The position numbers were made by a program, and so were the translations under genes. The notes beneath the pieces were generated by a model. That model saw nothing but the letters and a program-made list of their open reading frames with translations. It was not told the origin of the DNA and did no database searches. Shown here one piece after another: positions 19,913 to 30,841 of a stretch of 64,000 nt of DNA. Source of the stretch: an uncultured Methanosarcinales archaeon (GTDB lineage Archaea; Nanobdellota; Nanobdellia; Woesearchaeales; UBA10216). The stretch is from assembly GCA_964504135.1 (NCBI GenBank), contig CAZDCW010000003.1, forward strand, positions 427 to 64,426, in the 5' to 3' direction. Positions within the stretch are counted from its first letter, which is position 1. The number at the start of each line of letters is the position of its first letter.

Positions 19913-20308
19913 TCACAAGCCTTGGTAAGGCTTGGCAGCGTACTCTTTTAGAACACGCAGAACATCTTCAGGTTTGCCTGAAAATTCCATGTCAATACGC
20001 ATTGGCTTGGGCCTGATTCCTTTTTGCTCCAACCTTTCAACAAGGTCTCTTACATGGGGGAATATCCTGCATGCATCAGCAATTGAGGTAAATGATGTAT
20101 GAACGGGGTTTTCGTTGACTGTTGAAAAGCCTGCAACTCCCAGTTGCAGCCCTTGAATTTCTGATAGTTTTACAGACCCGTAATGCATATACCCTAACCT
20201 GTCCATTTCCCGCTGGTATTCTGCTGGAACCCTGGAACTGACTTTGATGAGCACAGCATCTCTGTCTGGCCTTAAGAACCCCAGCAGGTGAGCATAAAAA
20301 TCAACCAT
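19913..20308 (-). CDS. hypothetical protein
   Basis: 131-aa ORF with a plausible amino-acid composition. I recognise no motif. Confidence 0.35.
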   Translation of the reverse strand: MVDFYAHLLGFLRPDRDAVLIKVSSRVPAEYQREMDRLGYMHYGSVKLSEIQGLQLGVAGFSTVNENPVHTSFTSIADACRIFPHVRDLVERLEQKGIRPKPMRIDMEFSGKPEDVLRVLKEYAAKPYQGL

Positions 20309-20575
20309 TTAAAATGTAACTATAAAGTAGTATATAAACTTTTTGAATTCGTCCTGCTTCCCGGAGGACGTTTAATCATTCACATTGAGCGAATTGCTCT
20401 TTTCAAAAAAAATCCTGAGGCCGGGCGCCGGGAAAAAGAGGGTGCCAAAACCCGGCAGCCAGCCCAGATCGTTAGGTAAACTAACTATTACATAGAATGT
20501 AAAGGTTGTATTTAAATCTTCCGTTTTCGGAACTTCCCAGTACTCAAATTTAGCAGGATTTGCAGGAAAAAGATG

Positions 20576-20818
20576 TTAGGCCATGCCCAGCGCCCGCTTG
20601 AGGGCTGGCTTGTTAAACCCTATAATGATCTGGCCGTTTACGTCCACAACCGGAACTCCCATCTGGCCTGACTTTTCAATCATTTCCTGGGCAGCCTTGC
20701 GGTCGGCTGCCACGTTGATTTCCTCATAGGGTATCTTGCTTTCCTTGAGGAATTCCTTTGTCTTGACACACCACGGGCAGACAGGCGTGGTGTAGATTTT
20801 GACCTTGACATTCGGCAT
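20576..20818 (-). CDS. glutaredoxin-like small thiol-disulfide oxidoreductase (NrdH/Grx-like)
   Basis: 80 aa. The CPWC active site sits in VKIYTTPVCPWCVKTKEFL, and the ...GVPVV... cis-Pro region is present. Confidence 0.75.
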   Translation of the reverse strand: MPNVKVKIYTTPVCPWCVKTKEFLKESKIPYEEINVAADRKAAQEMIEKSGQMGVPVVDVNGQIIIGFNKPALKRALGMA

Positions 20819-20923
20819 GCCTCCTGGCTAACCGTGCATTTATTTAAAGCTATGGTTTTAGCGCGGAATCTTATATAATACTTAAAATAACCATTATAAG
20901 CCTGTGGAAGTTGCGCCTTCTGG

Positions 20924-21859
20924 ATGTCTCATACATTTGCTCTTACTGATACAAGGATTCCGCTTGAGGAAAAGGTTCATCTTGTTTCCGTAGATCTTAA
21001 TGGAACTCTTATTAATGCCAGCGCTCCGGAAGCATTGGCTAGGATAGCAGGCGGCGATGCTATAGAGGTTGCCCGGGCAGTTCGGGAACATCATAATGGG
21101 TCTGCAGGCATTGTTAGCGCCATCAATTACGGTGCTTCCCAGATAAGGGGGTTGAGCCTGTATGATTTTGTTAGGTACTGGGCCGAGGGCAGTGATGCAA
21201 TGCCCGGGCTTGCAGGGTTTCTTGAGGGCATGCATGAAAGGGGCACTCCGGTTGTTGTAAACACAACTGCTTTTCGTGAGGTCGCCAGCGTTTACAAGCA
21301 TCAGCTCGGCCCTCATTTGGTGAGGGGGGTTATAGGCAATTCCCTTCAGTTCGCAAATGGTAATGAGGTTCTGACGCCTTATGCGGTTGATATGCTTATT
21401 GCCGCTTATTTTGGGGACTCTGTTAAGTTCGGAAACGGCGAGGTTTTGACGGATTATTCCGATATCGCCCATTGCTTTCCGGTAAACGGCACAGATGGCC
21501 GCAGCGATTTGATTGATTGCCTGAAGGGTATAAAGGCGACGGGCTCTGTGGATTATGAAATCACTACAGAGGTTGAAAAGTTCGATGCTTTGGGTAAATA
21601 CCTAAAATCGAATTTTCCATGGATTGACCTGAGCAGGGTTGCCCATGTTGGGGATGCCCTGAGCGAGTACCCTGCCATGTCCTACATGCTGGAGGAGTGG
21701 GGAGGGGTTGTTGTCGGCTTTAATGCTACAGAAGGCCTTTACCGCAGTTTGGCTGGAACTGCCGCAAAGCCAGGAGTTAAGGGCCACATTCTGGTGTCCT
21801 CACCGAACTTCGGGCCTCACAGGCCTGACCTTAGGGACTTGCTGGAGGTTTTCGCATGA
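20924..21859 (+). CDS. hypothetical protein with degenerate HAD-like motifs
   Basis: VDLNGTL (motif I-like, with the second Asp replaced by Asn), VVNTTA, and HVGDALSEYP. 311 aa. Confidence 0.4.
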   Translation: MSHTFALTDTRIPLEEKVHLVSVDLNGTLINASAPEALARIAGGDAIEVARAVREHHNGSAGIVSAINYGASQIRGLSLYDFVRYWAEGSDAMPGLAGFLEGMHERGTPVVVNTTAFREVASVYKHQLGPHLVRGVIGNSLQFANGNEVLTPYAVDMLIAAYFGDSVKFGNGEVLTDYSDIAHCFPVNGTDGRSDLIDCLKGIKATGSVDYEITTEVEKFDALGKYLKSNFPWIDLSRVAHVGDALSEYPAMSYMLEEWGGVVVGFNATEGLYRSLAGTAAKPGVKGHILVSSPNFGPHRPDLRDLLEVFA

Positions 21860-21989
21860 ATCCGCAGGTTTTTTCTATTCTCCAGTGAAAGAATTTGTCC
21901 TCGGAAAAGTGGAAAATTTTATAAACCTCAACTCACTATCTGGTAACTGATCTGCTTATTTGTTTGGCAAGTCAATAACATTCTGTTGA

Positions 21990-22859
21990 TTGCTGTTGGC
22001 TGATGGAAAATGCGAGGGAAGGTTTATGCAGGATTTTGGACTTGAGGCCATAGGTGAGGCTGCGCGGTACGCGGTTTTGTGGAATACTGGCGCGTATGCC
22101 GGCGCCAGCATGGGTACTCCTGGTGAGTTTTCAACCCCCCTGATGGATAAGCTTACAAGGCATATCGTGAATTCCGTTAAGCGAGGTTATCTGGGAACTG
22201 ATGGAAGGCCCCTTCGCATTTTAGAGGTTGGTGCCGGGTCTGGAGGGCACGCGGTTATGCTGGTAAGGCGCGGCGAAAGGTTGCGGAGGGATGGGAAGCT
22301 GCCTGAAGGGCTGGAAGTTATAGCGAACGATTATGCAGACCCTCCAATCCAAATGATAGTGGCTAAAAAGGCCGGGTTGAAACCTTATTTGCAGGAACGG
22401 CTGCAAGTGTTTCCCGGCGACATATCTGTCTGCCTTCGCGCGCAGCCTCCTGGTTCAATCGCAGCAACCCATGCCCAGTCTGTGTATCATGGCTGGAGGG
22501 AGGGTGAGAGGCGGCGGGTGTATTCAGAGACTGTTAATGTTCTGGCTGAGTACGGCATTGTTGCAGGCTCCTTTAAGGCTGCTGGCGATCATCGGTATGG
22601 GAGAGGGGAGCTTCTGGAGCAGACAGCCGCAGGTCCTGTTTGCAGGGACACTGATACCATAAGTAGGCTTTTTGTTGAACACCGCGAGCCTTTGATTGGC
22701 GAACTTAGGGATGCGGGTCTTTTTGTGTTTGACGATTTTTTCTGGCCAGTTCAGGCGGCTTACGAAGGTGACGGCTCCCGTGTTCATAAGGTCTACTGGG
22801 GTTTTCTGGCCGCAAAGCGGGATGCCAGCGAGCGTTATGCTGTGAATGGTCAGGCATAG
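21990..22859 (+). CDS. Rossmann-fold methyltransferase-like protein
   Basis: LEVGAGSGGHAVML glycine-rich motif followed by an acidic residue after beta-2 (IANDYADP). Confidence 0.4.
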   Translation: MLLADGKCEGRFMQDFGLEAIGEAARYAVLWNTGAYAGASMGTPGEFSTPLMDKLTRHIVNSVKRGYLGTDGRPLRILEVGAGSGGHAVMLVRRGERLRRDGKLPEGLEVIANDYADPPIQMIVAKKAGLKPYLQERLQVFPGDISVCLRAQPPGSIAATHAQSVYHGWREGERRRVYSETVNVLAEYGIVAGSFKAAGDHRYGRGELLEQTAAGPVCRDTDTISRLFVEHREPLIGELRDAGLFVFDDFFWPVQAAYEGDGSRVHKVYWGFLAAKRDASERYAVNGQA

Positions 22860-23695
22860 TAATAGATTCCTTCGCAGACAGTCTCTGCAGGCCCTGTCAT
22901 GTATACATGGTTGTCAGCAGCCCATTCTATGTCCAGCCTGCCGCCCAGCACGTCAACCGCGACTTTTCTTCCTGTTTTCTGGTTAAGGACGCAGGCCACA
23001 GCGGTTGCTGATGCCCCTGTGCCGCATGCAAGTGTCTCGCCTGAGCCCCGTTCCCATACGCGCATCTTCACGTTCCTGTCGTCAATTGCCTGCACGAATT
23101 CCACGTTTGCCTTCTTTGGGAACATAGGGTGATTCTGGATTTTCGGCCCGAGGCCCTTCACAAGCTCATCTGTAAGCTCATCTGCAAAGATTACACAGTG
23201 TGGGTTGCCCATTGACACCGCCGTGAAGCGTAGCACTGAGCCATTAACTTTCAATTCCTCATCAACAACTGCCGGCTTGTCGATGTTGACCGGTATGCTC
23301 TTTCCGTTAAGGATTGGCTCTCCCATGTCCACCCGTGCCCCGACGGCTTCGCTGCCGCGGAAAATCGTGTCCACGGTTTTTATGCCAGCGCCTGTCTCTA
23401 CGGTTATGGACTTTTTTGAGGTCAGCCTGTGCTCGTGGCAGAATTTTGCGAATGCCCGTATTCCGTTGCCGCACATCTCTGCCTCGCTTCCGTCAGCGTT
23501 GAATATGCGCATCTTGAAGTCCGCCAACTTTGAGTCGTGCACCAGAATCAGCCCGTCGCTTCCCACGCCGAGGTGCCTGTCAGATACCTTTCTGGCAAGG
23601 TCGGCAGGGTCAAACTTGTAGTAATTTATGGTCATGTCCACGTAGATGTAGTCGTTTCCGCAGCCGTGCATTTTTGTGAACTTTATCTTTTCCAT
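22850..23695 (-). CDS. dapF: diaminopimelate epimerase
   Basis: MHGCGNDYIYVD, and a second catalytic Cys in the GETLACGTGA region. 281 aa. Confidence 0.85.
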   Translation of the reverse strand: MEKIKFTKMHGCGNDYIYVDMTINYYKFDPADLARKVSDRHLGVGSDGLILVHDSKLADFKMRIFNADGSEAEMCGNGIRAFAKFCHEHRLTSKKSITVETGAGIKTVDTIFRGSEAVGARVDMGEPILNGKSIPVNIDKPAVVDEELKVNGSVLRFTAVSMGNPHCVIFADELTDELVKGLGPKIQNHPMFPKKANVEFVQAIDDRNVKMRVWERGSGETLACGTGASATAVACVLNQKTGRKVAVDVLGGRLDIEWAADNHVYMTGPAETVCEGIYYYA

Positions 23696-23697
23696 TT

Positions 23698-24933
23698 TCA
23701 GTATCCGTAGAGCAGGTATTCCTCGTCCTCCTTTTTCCTTATTATCCTTGATTCGCTGCCCTTGACCAGGACTTCAACTGGCCTTGGCCTTGTGTTGTAG
23801 TTGGATGACATTGAGAAGCCGTATGCTCCTGCGTTGAGGATCGCCAGTACGTCTCCTTCCTTTATTTCAGGAAGCTCCCTGTCAACCAGCCCGTGCTCGT
23901 CCCTTGTGAACGCATCCCCTGATTCGCAGATGTTGCCCACGACAACAATCTTTGATTTCTCCCCGTCAACCCTGTCGGTAACGACAATCTGATGGTAGCT
24001 TCCGTACATTGCTGGCCTTATCAGGTGGTTAAAGCCGGTGTCAACTCCAGCAAACTTGTGCGTGGGCGTTTCCTTAAGGGTGTTTACAGTGCACAGAAGG
24101 TATCCTGCTTCGGCAACTGGAAAGCGTCCTGGCTCTATGTGCATGTATAGCTCCTTCCCGTATTCCTTGCAGAAGTTTGAGAAGGTTTCAGTCATCATCC
24201 TGCCCAGTGACCGCAAGTTAAGTTCATTCTGGTCAGGCCTGTATGGGACTCCGAGTCCGCCGCCGAAGTCAACAAACTCCAGATCAGAAAATTCTCTGGC
24301 TGTTTTCAGGAGCACGTTCATGGCCAGCCTGAATTTCTCAGGCTCGAGTATTCCTGAGCCTATGTGCTGGTGCACGCCAACGATATTTAGGCGATGCTTC
24401 CCGGCAATTTCCTTTATCTCAGGAACTTTGTCGTGGTATATCCCGAACTTGCTCTCCGGGCCTCCTGTGATGACGTGGCCGTGGTGGCCTCCGCCAACGT
24501 CAGGGTTAATCCTTACGCATACCCTGCTGCCAGGATTCAGCTTTCCGTACCTTTCAAGCTGTGATAGCGAGTCGCAGTTAACCAGCACTCCATGATCCAT
24601 GGCAAATCTCATTTCGTCGTTTGTCACTGATGCGCTTGTAAGCATTATCTGCTCAGGCTTCCATCCAGACTTCTCAGCAGCCATTATTTCGCCCGGTGAA
24701 TGGACGTCAGCGTACGCACCTTCCTCCATCAGTATCCTTAGGATGTGCAGGTTGGTGTTTGCCTTTAGGGCATAATAAATCCTGAGCTTGGCGTAGGTTA
24801 TTGCCTGCCTGAGGTCGCGCATCTTTTGCCTGATTATGGCCTCGTCATAGGCATAGATGGGTGAGCCGTACTTCCTTACAAGCTCTGATGCGGGTATGTC
24901 TCCGATGAGCAGCCTGTTATTGATAGCTTTCAT
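23698..24933 (-). CDS. lysA: diaminopimelate decarboxylase
   Basis: Fold-III PLP decarboxylase motifs (YALKAN, GGGLGVPY, the EPGR region, CESGD). 411 aa. Confidence 0.9.
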   Translation of the reverse strand: MKAINNRLLIGDIPASELVRKYGSPIYAYDEAIIRQKMRDLRQAITYAKLRIYYALKANTNLHILRILMEEGAYADVHSPGEIMAAEKSGWKPEQIMLTSASVTNDEMRFAMDHGVLVNCDSLSQLERYGKLNPGSRVCVRINPDVGGGHHGHVITGGPESKFGIYHDKVPEIKEIAGKHRLNIVGVHQHIGSGILEPEKFRLAMNVLLKTAREFSDLEFVDFGGGLGVPYRPDQNELNLRSLGRMMTETFSNFCKEYGKELYMHIEPGRFPVAEAGYLLCTVNTLKETPTHKFAGVDTGFNHLIRPAMYGSYHQIVVTDRVDGEKSKIVVVGNICESGDAFTRDEHGLVDRELPEIKEGDVLAILNAGAYGFSMSSNYNTRPRPVEVLVKGSESRIIRKKEDEEYLLYGY

Positions 24934-24979
24934 GCTGCCTCTGCCCGCTGAAAATCAGCGTCAATCACAACGTCCAGGC

Positions 24980-26143
24980 TCATCTCATCACCCTCCTCAT
25001 CCTCTCCATTGCCTCGGTGAGCCTTGGGTCAGGAACAGTGAGGGAAATCCTGAAGTACCCTTCGCCCTCCTTCCCGTAGCCTGCCCCTGGAGTGATTACT
25101 ACTCCTGCTTTCTCAAGCACCATTGCTGCGAATGTGCCTGAGCTGTAGCCTTCAGGGACTTTCACCCACATGTACAGGCTTCCTTTTGGCTTGTTGCACT
25201 TGAGTCCGATTGAGGACAAAGTATTATAGACTAGGTCTCGTCTCTTCTGGTAGATTGCAAGCGTCCTTTCAAGGACAGCATCTGGAAGGCTTAATGCCTT
25301 TATTGCAGCATACTGGACTGCGTTGAACACTCCGCTGTCAGTGTTGTTCTTGATTATCCCCATGGCCTTTATCACTTCCTCATTGCCGACTGCCATGCCT
25401 ATTCTCCAGCCTGTCATGTTGAATGGCTTGGAGAGCGAGTTGAGTTCAATTCCAACATCCTTTGCGCCGCTGACTTCAAGGAAGCTTAGTGGCCTGTATC
25501 CGTCGTATCCTATTTCGCTGTACGGGTTGTCGCTGCATGCTATGAGGTCATTGTCCGTGGCAAAATCAATTAGTTCCCTGTAGAATTCCTTGCCAGCCAC
25601 CGCGCCAGTTGGGTTGTTGGGATAATTTACGAATATTATTTTGGAGTCCTTGGCCGCGCCGCGAGGGATTGATGAAAGGTCTGGGAGGAAATTGTTCTTC
25701 TCAAGGAGGGGCATGTCTATTGGGTATCCGCTGCAGAATATTGTGCTTGTCCGGTAGGGCGTGTATCCAGGCACTGGCACAAGCGTTGAGTCTCCGGGGT
25801 TTATGATGGATAGGCAGAGGTGGAGGTTGCCTTCCTTTCCGCCTATTAGTGTCAGGACTTCCTTGTCAGGGTCGAGTGTTACCTCGTGCCTTCTTTTGTA
25901 CCATTTTGCAACTGCTTCCCTGAATTCAAAAAGCCCTTCATAATCCGGATACTGGTGGTTCCTTGGCTCATGCGCCGCCCGGCATAGCTCTTCAACTACC
26001 GGGTCAGGCGTTGGCATGTCCGGGTCGCCTATTCCAAGGCTTATCACGTCAGTTCCTTTTTTCCTGGCCTCGGCTATCTTCTTGCTTATTTCCGCAAAGA
26101 GGTATGGCGGCACTGCCTTTACGCGGTCAGATGGCTGCATGTG
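24980..26143 (-). CDS. dapL: LL-diaminopimelate aminotransferase (DapL)
   Basis: PPYLFAEI and ISLGIGDPD N-terminal signature, plus the aminotransferase class I PLP lysine region (SLSKPFNMTGWRIG). I prefer the start at MQPSDRV. Confidence 0.75.
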   Translation of the reverse strand, partial: HMQPSDRVKAVPPYLFAEISKKIAEARKKGTDVISLGIGDPDMPTPDPVVEELCRAAHEPRNHQYPDYEGLFEFREAVAKWYKRRHEVTLDPDKEVLTLIGGKEGNLHLCLSIINPGDSTLVPVPGYTPYRTSTIFCSGYPIDMPLLEKNNFLPDLSSIPRGAAKDSKIIFVNYPNNPTGAVAGKEFYRELIDFATDNDLIACSDNPYSEIGYDGYRPLSFLEVSGAKDVGIELNSLSKPFNMTGWRIGMAVGNEEVIKAMGIIKNNTDSGVFNAVQYAAIKALSLPDAVLERTLAIYQKRRDLVYNTLSSIGLKCNKPKGSLYMWVKVPEGYSSGTFAAMVLEKAGVVITPGAGYGKEGEGYFRISLTVPDPRLTEAMERMRRVMR

Positions 26144-26564
26144 AATTCCTCGTATAGACCCAGGCTGCTGCCACCCGTCGGCTGCTGTAAAAGGGCGACC
26201 TGGGAATGTCAAATTCCAGGTAAGCCTGCCTAAGATGGCTCCTGACAGTGTCTCTCGCTATTCCCAGCCTGTCGGCAATATCAGGATTTGAAAGGCCTTT
26301 CCCAACCAGACGTAAAACCTCAATCTTTCTCGGCGAAAGTTCCCTCCAGTAACCTGCTGCGGGTTCAAAATCCGGGCAGCCAAGAGTCTGTGCGATTTCA
26401 TCAATGGTTCTTGACCCAAGTGACGCAAAAGCGTGGTCCAGATGAACGCCGGCAGTACAGGGAGCTATTGTCAGTGCCTCAGCAATCCCCCGCTCATTGA
26501 GTCCTCTTATGTAGAGCGATAAGGCTTCCTTCTCCCTGGGGGTTAGTTTGCCGTTCATTTTCAT
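26127..26564 (-). CDS. small protein with two tandem LuxR/GerE-type HTH domains
   Basis: LTPREKEALSLYIRGLNERGIAEAL and LSPRKIEVLRLVGKGLSNPDIADRLGIARDTVRSHLRQAY. 145 aa. It is translationally coupled inside the lysine operon. Confidence 0.5.
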   Translation of the reverse strand: MKMNGKLTPREKEALSLYIRGLNERGIAEALTIAPCTAGVHLDHAFASLGSRTIDEIAQTLGCPDFEPAAGYWRELSPRKIEVLRLVGKGLSNPDIADRLGIARDTVRSHLRQAYLEFDIPRSPFYSSRRVAAAWVYTRNSHAAI

Positions 26565-26845
26565 CCGCTGGAATCAGCCAGCTTGGCCGGCAGGTCCATG
26601 TTCTTCCCGTACCACTGGTAGCCGATGGGGCACCATAGGCTGCTGGCTTTGCCGCTTTGGATTATTGCATTAATTGCAGGCTCTACAGTTTGATGTGTTT
26701 GGGCCATGGCCAGGATTGCTCTGTTGCCTTCCTGATAGTAATTTTGAATTACGGTCAGTCCGGCCGCGCTTACCACTGTAAGCGCTTCTTGTTCTGTCAC
26801 GCCAGGCCTGAAGTCAATGCTTATGGATAATTCCAGTTCGCTCAT
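26561..26845 (-). CDS. hypothetical small protein within the lysine operon
   Basis: 94 aa. It has a 4-nt overlap with asd upstream and with the LuxR-like gene downstream. Confidence 0.35.
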   Translation of the reverse strand: MSELELSISIDFRPGVTEQEALTVVSAAGLTVIQNYYQEGNRAILAMAQTHQTVEPAINAIIQSGKASSLWCPIGYQWYGKNMDLPAKLADSSG

Positions 26846-27888
26846 TTCAGGTACCCTTTTGCAGCCAGGAGCTCGGCATTCAGGATAGCAGCTCCGGCTG
26901 CCCCCCTTATTGTGTTGTGCCCTAGGACTGTGAATTTCCAGTCGAGCACGTTGCAGGGCCTTATCCTTCCGATGGTGCTGGCCATTCCTTTTTCAATGTT
27001 TCTGTCAAGTTTTGGCTGTGGCCTGTCCGGTTCGTCCCTCACGATAATCGGCATCGTTGGGCTGCTTGGCAGCTTTAGGCTTTTCAGCGGGTTGAAGGTT
27101 GAAAATGCCTGCTTTAATTCATCTGCGCTCGTTTTTTTTGCCAGCTTTACAGATACTGATTCAAGGTGGCCGTCGTTCATGTTCACGCGGTTGCAGCTTG
27201 CGCTTACCTGGATTTGGGCGGGTTGTATTGTCTGGCCTGAAAGCCAGCCCAGCAGCTTAAGTGTCTCGGTCTCTATCTTCTCCTCCTCTCCGCCGATGTA
27301 GGGAATCACATTATCAAGTATGTCCAGGCTTGCAACCCCCGGGTATCCGGCTCCGCTCAGGGCCTGCATTGTGGTAACAGTTATCTGTCTGATGCCGAAT
27401 GCGTCATGCAGCGGCTTCAAGGCTAAAACCATGTGGATTGTGGAGCAGTTGGGGTTTGTTACTATAAACCCGCTTCTTCTCTTTTTTTGCACGTCTATTA
27501 GCCTTAGATGGTCTGCGTTTACCTCGGGTATTACCAGGGGAACGTCCGCATCCATCCTGTGGTTTCTTGAGTTGCTTGAGACTGCGTAGCCTGCGTGGGC
27601 GAATGCATCCTCAATATCCCCTGCAACCGCTGCATCCAGCGCTGAAAAGACAAGCGTGCAGTCAAGGTCAGGCGTGCATTCCTCCACTGTCATGCCTGCT
27701 GCGTATGCCGGGATGTCGCTGCTGAGCTTCCATCTTCCTGCCATGGCCTCTGCGTAGGTCTTTCCGGCGGAATTTTCAGATGCTGCCAGTGCAGTTACCT
27801 CGAACCATGGATGGCCTTCCAGCAGCTGCACGAGTCTCTGCCCGACCATTCCGGTTGCTCCAAGAACCCCTACCTGGATTTTTTTCAC
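26842..27888 (-). CDS. asd: aspartate-semialdehyde dehydrogenase
   Basis: [15 protein letters not shown] motif and the catalytic Cys region (NPNCSTI). 348 aa. Confidence 0.9.
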   Translation of the reverse strand: MKKIQVGVLGATGMVGQRLVQLLEGHPWFEVTALAASENSAGKTYAEAMAGRWKLSSDIPAYAAGMTVEECTPDLDCTLVFSALDAAVAGDIEDAFAHAGYAVSSNSRNHRMDADVPLVIPEVNADHLRLIDVQKKRRSGFIVTNPNCSTIHMVLALKPLHDAFGIRQITVTTMQALSGAGYPGVASLDILDNVIPYIGGEEEKIETETLKLLGWLSGQTIQPAQIQVSASCNRVNMNDGHLESVSVKLAKKTSADELKQAFSTFNPLKSLKLPSSPTMPIIVRDEPDRPQPKLDRNIEKGMASTIGRIRPCNVLDWKFTVLGHNTIRGAAGAAILNAELLAAKGYLK

Positions 27889-27894
27889 AGTGTA

Positions 27895-28641
27895 TCACTT
27901 CCTGAAGTAGTCCTGCATGAAATCAGCCATTGTGAAAAATCCTTTCCTGCCCTGTATCCATTCAGCAGCCATTAGGGCGCCTGCGGCAAAGCCGCTCCTG
28001 TTTCTTGCAGTGTGCTTGATTTCAATGGTGTCTGCTTCTGAGTCAAAGCCAACAACATGGGTTCCGGGTATTGAGCCTGCCCTGATGCTGGCTACGTGTA
28101 GTTCAGGGGCTTCAATTTGCCTGTCCAGCCGGTCATAGACTGCTTTTTTCTTCCGGCTTATGTTGTCTGTCAGTATCTGCGCAATCGTCTTGGCAGTTCC
28201 TGATGGGCTGTCTTTTTTCTGGTTGTGGTGAAGCTCGTAGGCGTATGCGTCATATTCCTCCAGCCTGTTGAAGACCTTGGCAGCCTCCTCAACAATCCTG
28301 AAGTAGGCATTTACCCCGATTGAGAAGTTTGAGCTGTATATCATGCCTGTTCCTGACTTCTTAACGATGGACTTTGCCTCGTCCATCTTGTCATGCCATC
28401 CGGTCGTCGCCATTACAAGGTTTTTCTTTGCTGCCGCAACTGCCTTGATGTTGTCCAGCGCGGACGCTGGCTGCGTGAAGTCTATGGCGACCTCTGCATT
28501 TTTCAGGGATTCCTGGTTTATCAGTTGGAAGGCAGTCTTTTCAGATGGGTCTATTATGGATGTGACTTCAATTCCTCTGGCTTTTGCCAGCCTTTCCACT
28601 TCCCTGCCCATCTTCCCGTAGCCTATGATGGCTATTTTCAT
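27895..28641 (-). CDS. dapB: 4-hydroxy-tetrahydrodipicolinate reductase
   Basis: [15 protein letters not shown]. 248 aa. Confidence 0.85.
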   Translation of the reverse strand: MKIAIIGYGKMGREVERLAKARGIEVTSIIDPSEKTAFQLINQESLKNAEVAIDFTQPASALDNIKAVAAAKKNLVMATTGWHDKMDEAKSIVKKSGTGMIYSSNFSIGVNAYFRIVEEAAKVFNRLEEYDAYAYELHHNQKKDSPSGTAKTIAQILTDNISRKKKAVYDRLDRQIEAPELHVASIRAGSIPGTHVVGFDSEADTIEIKHTARNRSGFAAGALMAAEWIQGRKGFFTMADFMQDYFRK

Positions 28642-29519
28642 ATAGTCACCTTATAGTTTTCAACAACCCTTCTGAGCTTGTCCTCGTTTTGGGGCGAGAG
28701 CTTGACAAGCGGCAGTCTGCATGGCCCGGCTGGCAGCCCTTTCATGTTCATGGCAGCCTTTATTGGGATTGGATTTGTCTCTATGAATGCTGCCTTGAAG
28801 AAGGGCAGCAGCTCGAAATGTATTTGCCTCGCTGCCTCAAAGTCGCCTTCCAGCCCGTATTTGACCATTGAGCTGACCTTGTCTGGCAGCAGGTTGCTTA
28901 CCACGGATATCACGCCCATGCCTCCCAATGATAGCAGTGGCAGCGTAAGGTTGTCATCCCCGCTTATGACTGTGAACTCCGCAGGGAGCTCATTCAGCAC
29001 GTCCATCATCTGGGAAAGGTTTCCTGATGCTTCCTTCACTGCCACGATATTCCTGTGTTCAGCCATCCTTTTGAGTGTGGCGGTTTCTATGTTAACTCCA
29101 GTCCTTCCCTGGATGTTGTACACTATAATTGGGATGTCCACGGCAGTTGCAACTGCCGAGAAATGCTGGTAGAGGCCTTCCTGCGTTGGCTTGTTGTAGT
29201 ATGGGCTTACAATGAGAACTGCGTCAGCGCCCAGGGATTTCGCCTGCCTCGTATATTTTATCGTCTTCTCAGTGCTGTTTGTCCCTGTTCCAACTATTAC
29301 CGGAACCCGTCCATTTGCCTGCTCAGCAACAGTCCTGATTATCTTGTCCCTTTCGTCGTCGTGTATCGTTGGGCTTTCTCCTGTTGTTCCAAGCGGAACC
29401 AGGCCTGAGACTCCATGCCTGGTCTGGAAGTCAACATTCCTTCTCAAGCCCTCATAATCAACCTCGCCGGTCTCCTTAAGCGGGGTGACCATGGCTGTGA
29501 TGCATCCCTGAAATTTCAT
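28638..29519 (-). CDS. dapA: 4-hydroxy-tetrahydrodipicolinate synthase
   Basis: TAMVTPL...GTTGE and the active-site Lys region. 293 aa. Confidence 0.9.
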   Translation of the reverse strand: MKFQGCITAMVTPLKETGEVDYEGLRRNVDFQTRHGVSGLVPLGTTGESPTIHDDERDKIIRTVAEQANGRVPVIVGTGTNSTEKTIKYTRQAKSLGADAVLIVSPYYNKPTQEGLYQHFSAVATAVDIPIIVYNIQGRTGVNIETATLKRMAEHRNIVAVKEASGNLSQMMDVLNELPAEFTVISGDDNLTLPLLSLGGMGVISVVSNLLPDKVSSMVKYGLEGDFEAARQIHFELLPFFKAAFIETNPIPIKAAMNMKGLPAGPCRLPLVKLSPQNEDKLRRVVENYKVTI

Positions 29520-30841
29520 TTTGCACCTCCGAAAAATTCAGCGTGCAGGACCCTGACTGCCTTGTCGGCGTCTGACGCCTCAACAACCAGCCCTATGTTG
29601 ATTTCCGAGGCTCCCTGCGATATCATCTCGGGATTGATTCCTGTTGCGCTCAGGGTGGCGAAGATTCTGGCTGTTGTATCAGGATTTCTTTTAATCCCGT
29701 GGCCGACGACTGAAATTGACGCCTTTCCATCTTCGAGGGACACTCGTGAAAATTCTCCGAGCTTCCTTACAGCCTCGCCCATTCCGCTGTCGAACCGTGA
29801 ATCTACTGTGACAGAAACGTTTACTTCAGAGGTGGAGACCATGTCTACGGATATCCTGTGTTCATCAAATACATTAAAAATTTTGTGCAGGAAACCGTGC
29901 ATCAGGAACATCCTTTCAGAGTTTACGTTTACAATTGAGAGGCCCTTCTTGCTTACAATGGCTGTTATTCCGTCCTTTCTCTCAGCATCCCTGACAATTT
30001 GCGTGCCTGCAGCAGCTGGCTCATAGGTGTTGAGGACGATTACAGGTATTCCTTTTCGGATTACCGGAAGTATGGTCTTTGGATGCAGTACCTTTGCGCC
30101 CAGGTATGCCAGTTCGGACGCCTCTTCAAAGGTCACCTTGGGTATTGTCCTGGCCTCTGGCGCAATCCTTGGGTCTGCGCTCATTATCCCGTTTACGTCA
30201 GTCCAGATTTCAACAGCCTCCGAGTCCATTGCTGCGCCGATAAGGGATGCAGAATAGTCGCTTCCTCCTCTTCCCAAGGTAGTTATCCTGCCATCAGTTG
30301 TTCTTCCGAGGAATCCGGTTACTACCGGAATGGTTCCCTGGGGTATGGATGTAAAGGCAATCTTCAGCCTTCCATATGCCTCAGGCAGCACCTCTGCGCT
30401 GCCAAAGTTATCGTCTGTTGCAAGGCCAAGGTCATATGCGTTATAAGCCCTCATCCCAATTGCTGAGCCTGAGGCCGCAACAATTATTACAGAAAGCCGC
30501 TCACCAAAAGAGCAGACTTCATCAAGCTGCATGCTGGTAAGCCTGCCTGAATCTGCAATGTTGTCCAGCAGACGCTCAAGAAGCCCCATTTGCTCGGCCA
30601 GGAGTGACTGGGGAAGGCCAAGCTCTTTGAGTATTGAAGCGTGTATCTCTGATATTTCGTTAAGGCAGCTGGCATGTTTGCCCTTCTCTGCCGCCCTGGC
30701 GGCCTGAATCAGCAGGTCTGTAACCTTGCTCACGGCAGACACCACAACAATGGGCTCCTGCCTGCTTGTAACTATTTCTATCACCCTGCGGATCATTGCA
30801 GCGCTGCCTACCGATGTGCCTCCAAACTTCATTACAATCAT
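29516..30841 (-). CDS. lysC: aspartate kinase
   Basis: MIVMKFGGTSVGS and C-terminal ACT repeats. The track ORF adds 5 residues upstream. Confidence 0.9.
   Translation of the reverse strand: MIVMKFGGTSVGSAAMIRRVIEIVTSRQEPIVVVSAVSKVTDLLIQAARAAEKGKHASCLNEISEIHASILKELGLPQSLLAEQMGLLERLLDNIADSGRLTSMQLDEVCSFGERLSVIIVAASGSAIGMRAYNAYDLGLATDDNFGSAEVLPEAYGRLKIAFTSIPQGTIPVVTGFLGRTTDGRITTLGRGGSDYSASLIGAAMDSEAVEIWTDVNGIMSADPRIAPEARTIPKVTFEEASELAYLGAKVLHPKTILPVIRKGIPVIVLNTYEPAAAGTQIVRDAERKDGITAIVSKKGLSIVNVNSERMFLMHGFLHKIFNVFDEHRISVDMVSTSEVNVSVTVDSRFDSGMGEAVRKLGEFSRVSLEDGKASISVVGHGIKRNPDTTARIFATLSATGINPEMISQGASEINIGLVVEASDADKAVRVLHAEFFGGAK

Noticed and set aside
20894-21472. 192-aa minus-strand ORF overlapping 20924..21859
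   Set aside because: The plus-strand ORF is longer and has HAD-like motifs. The minus ORF is Cys/Pro-rich with no features.
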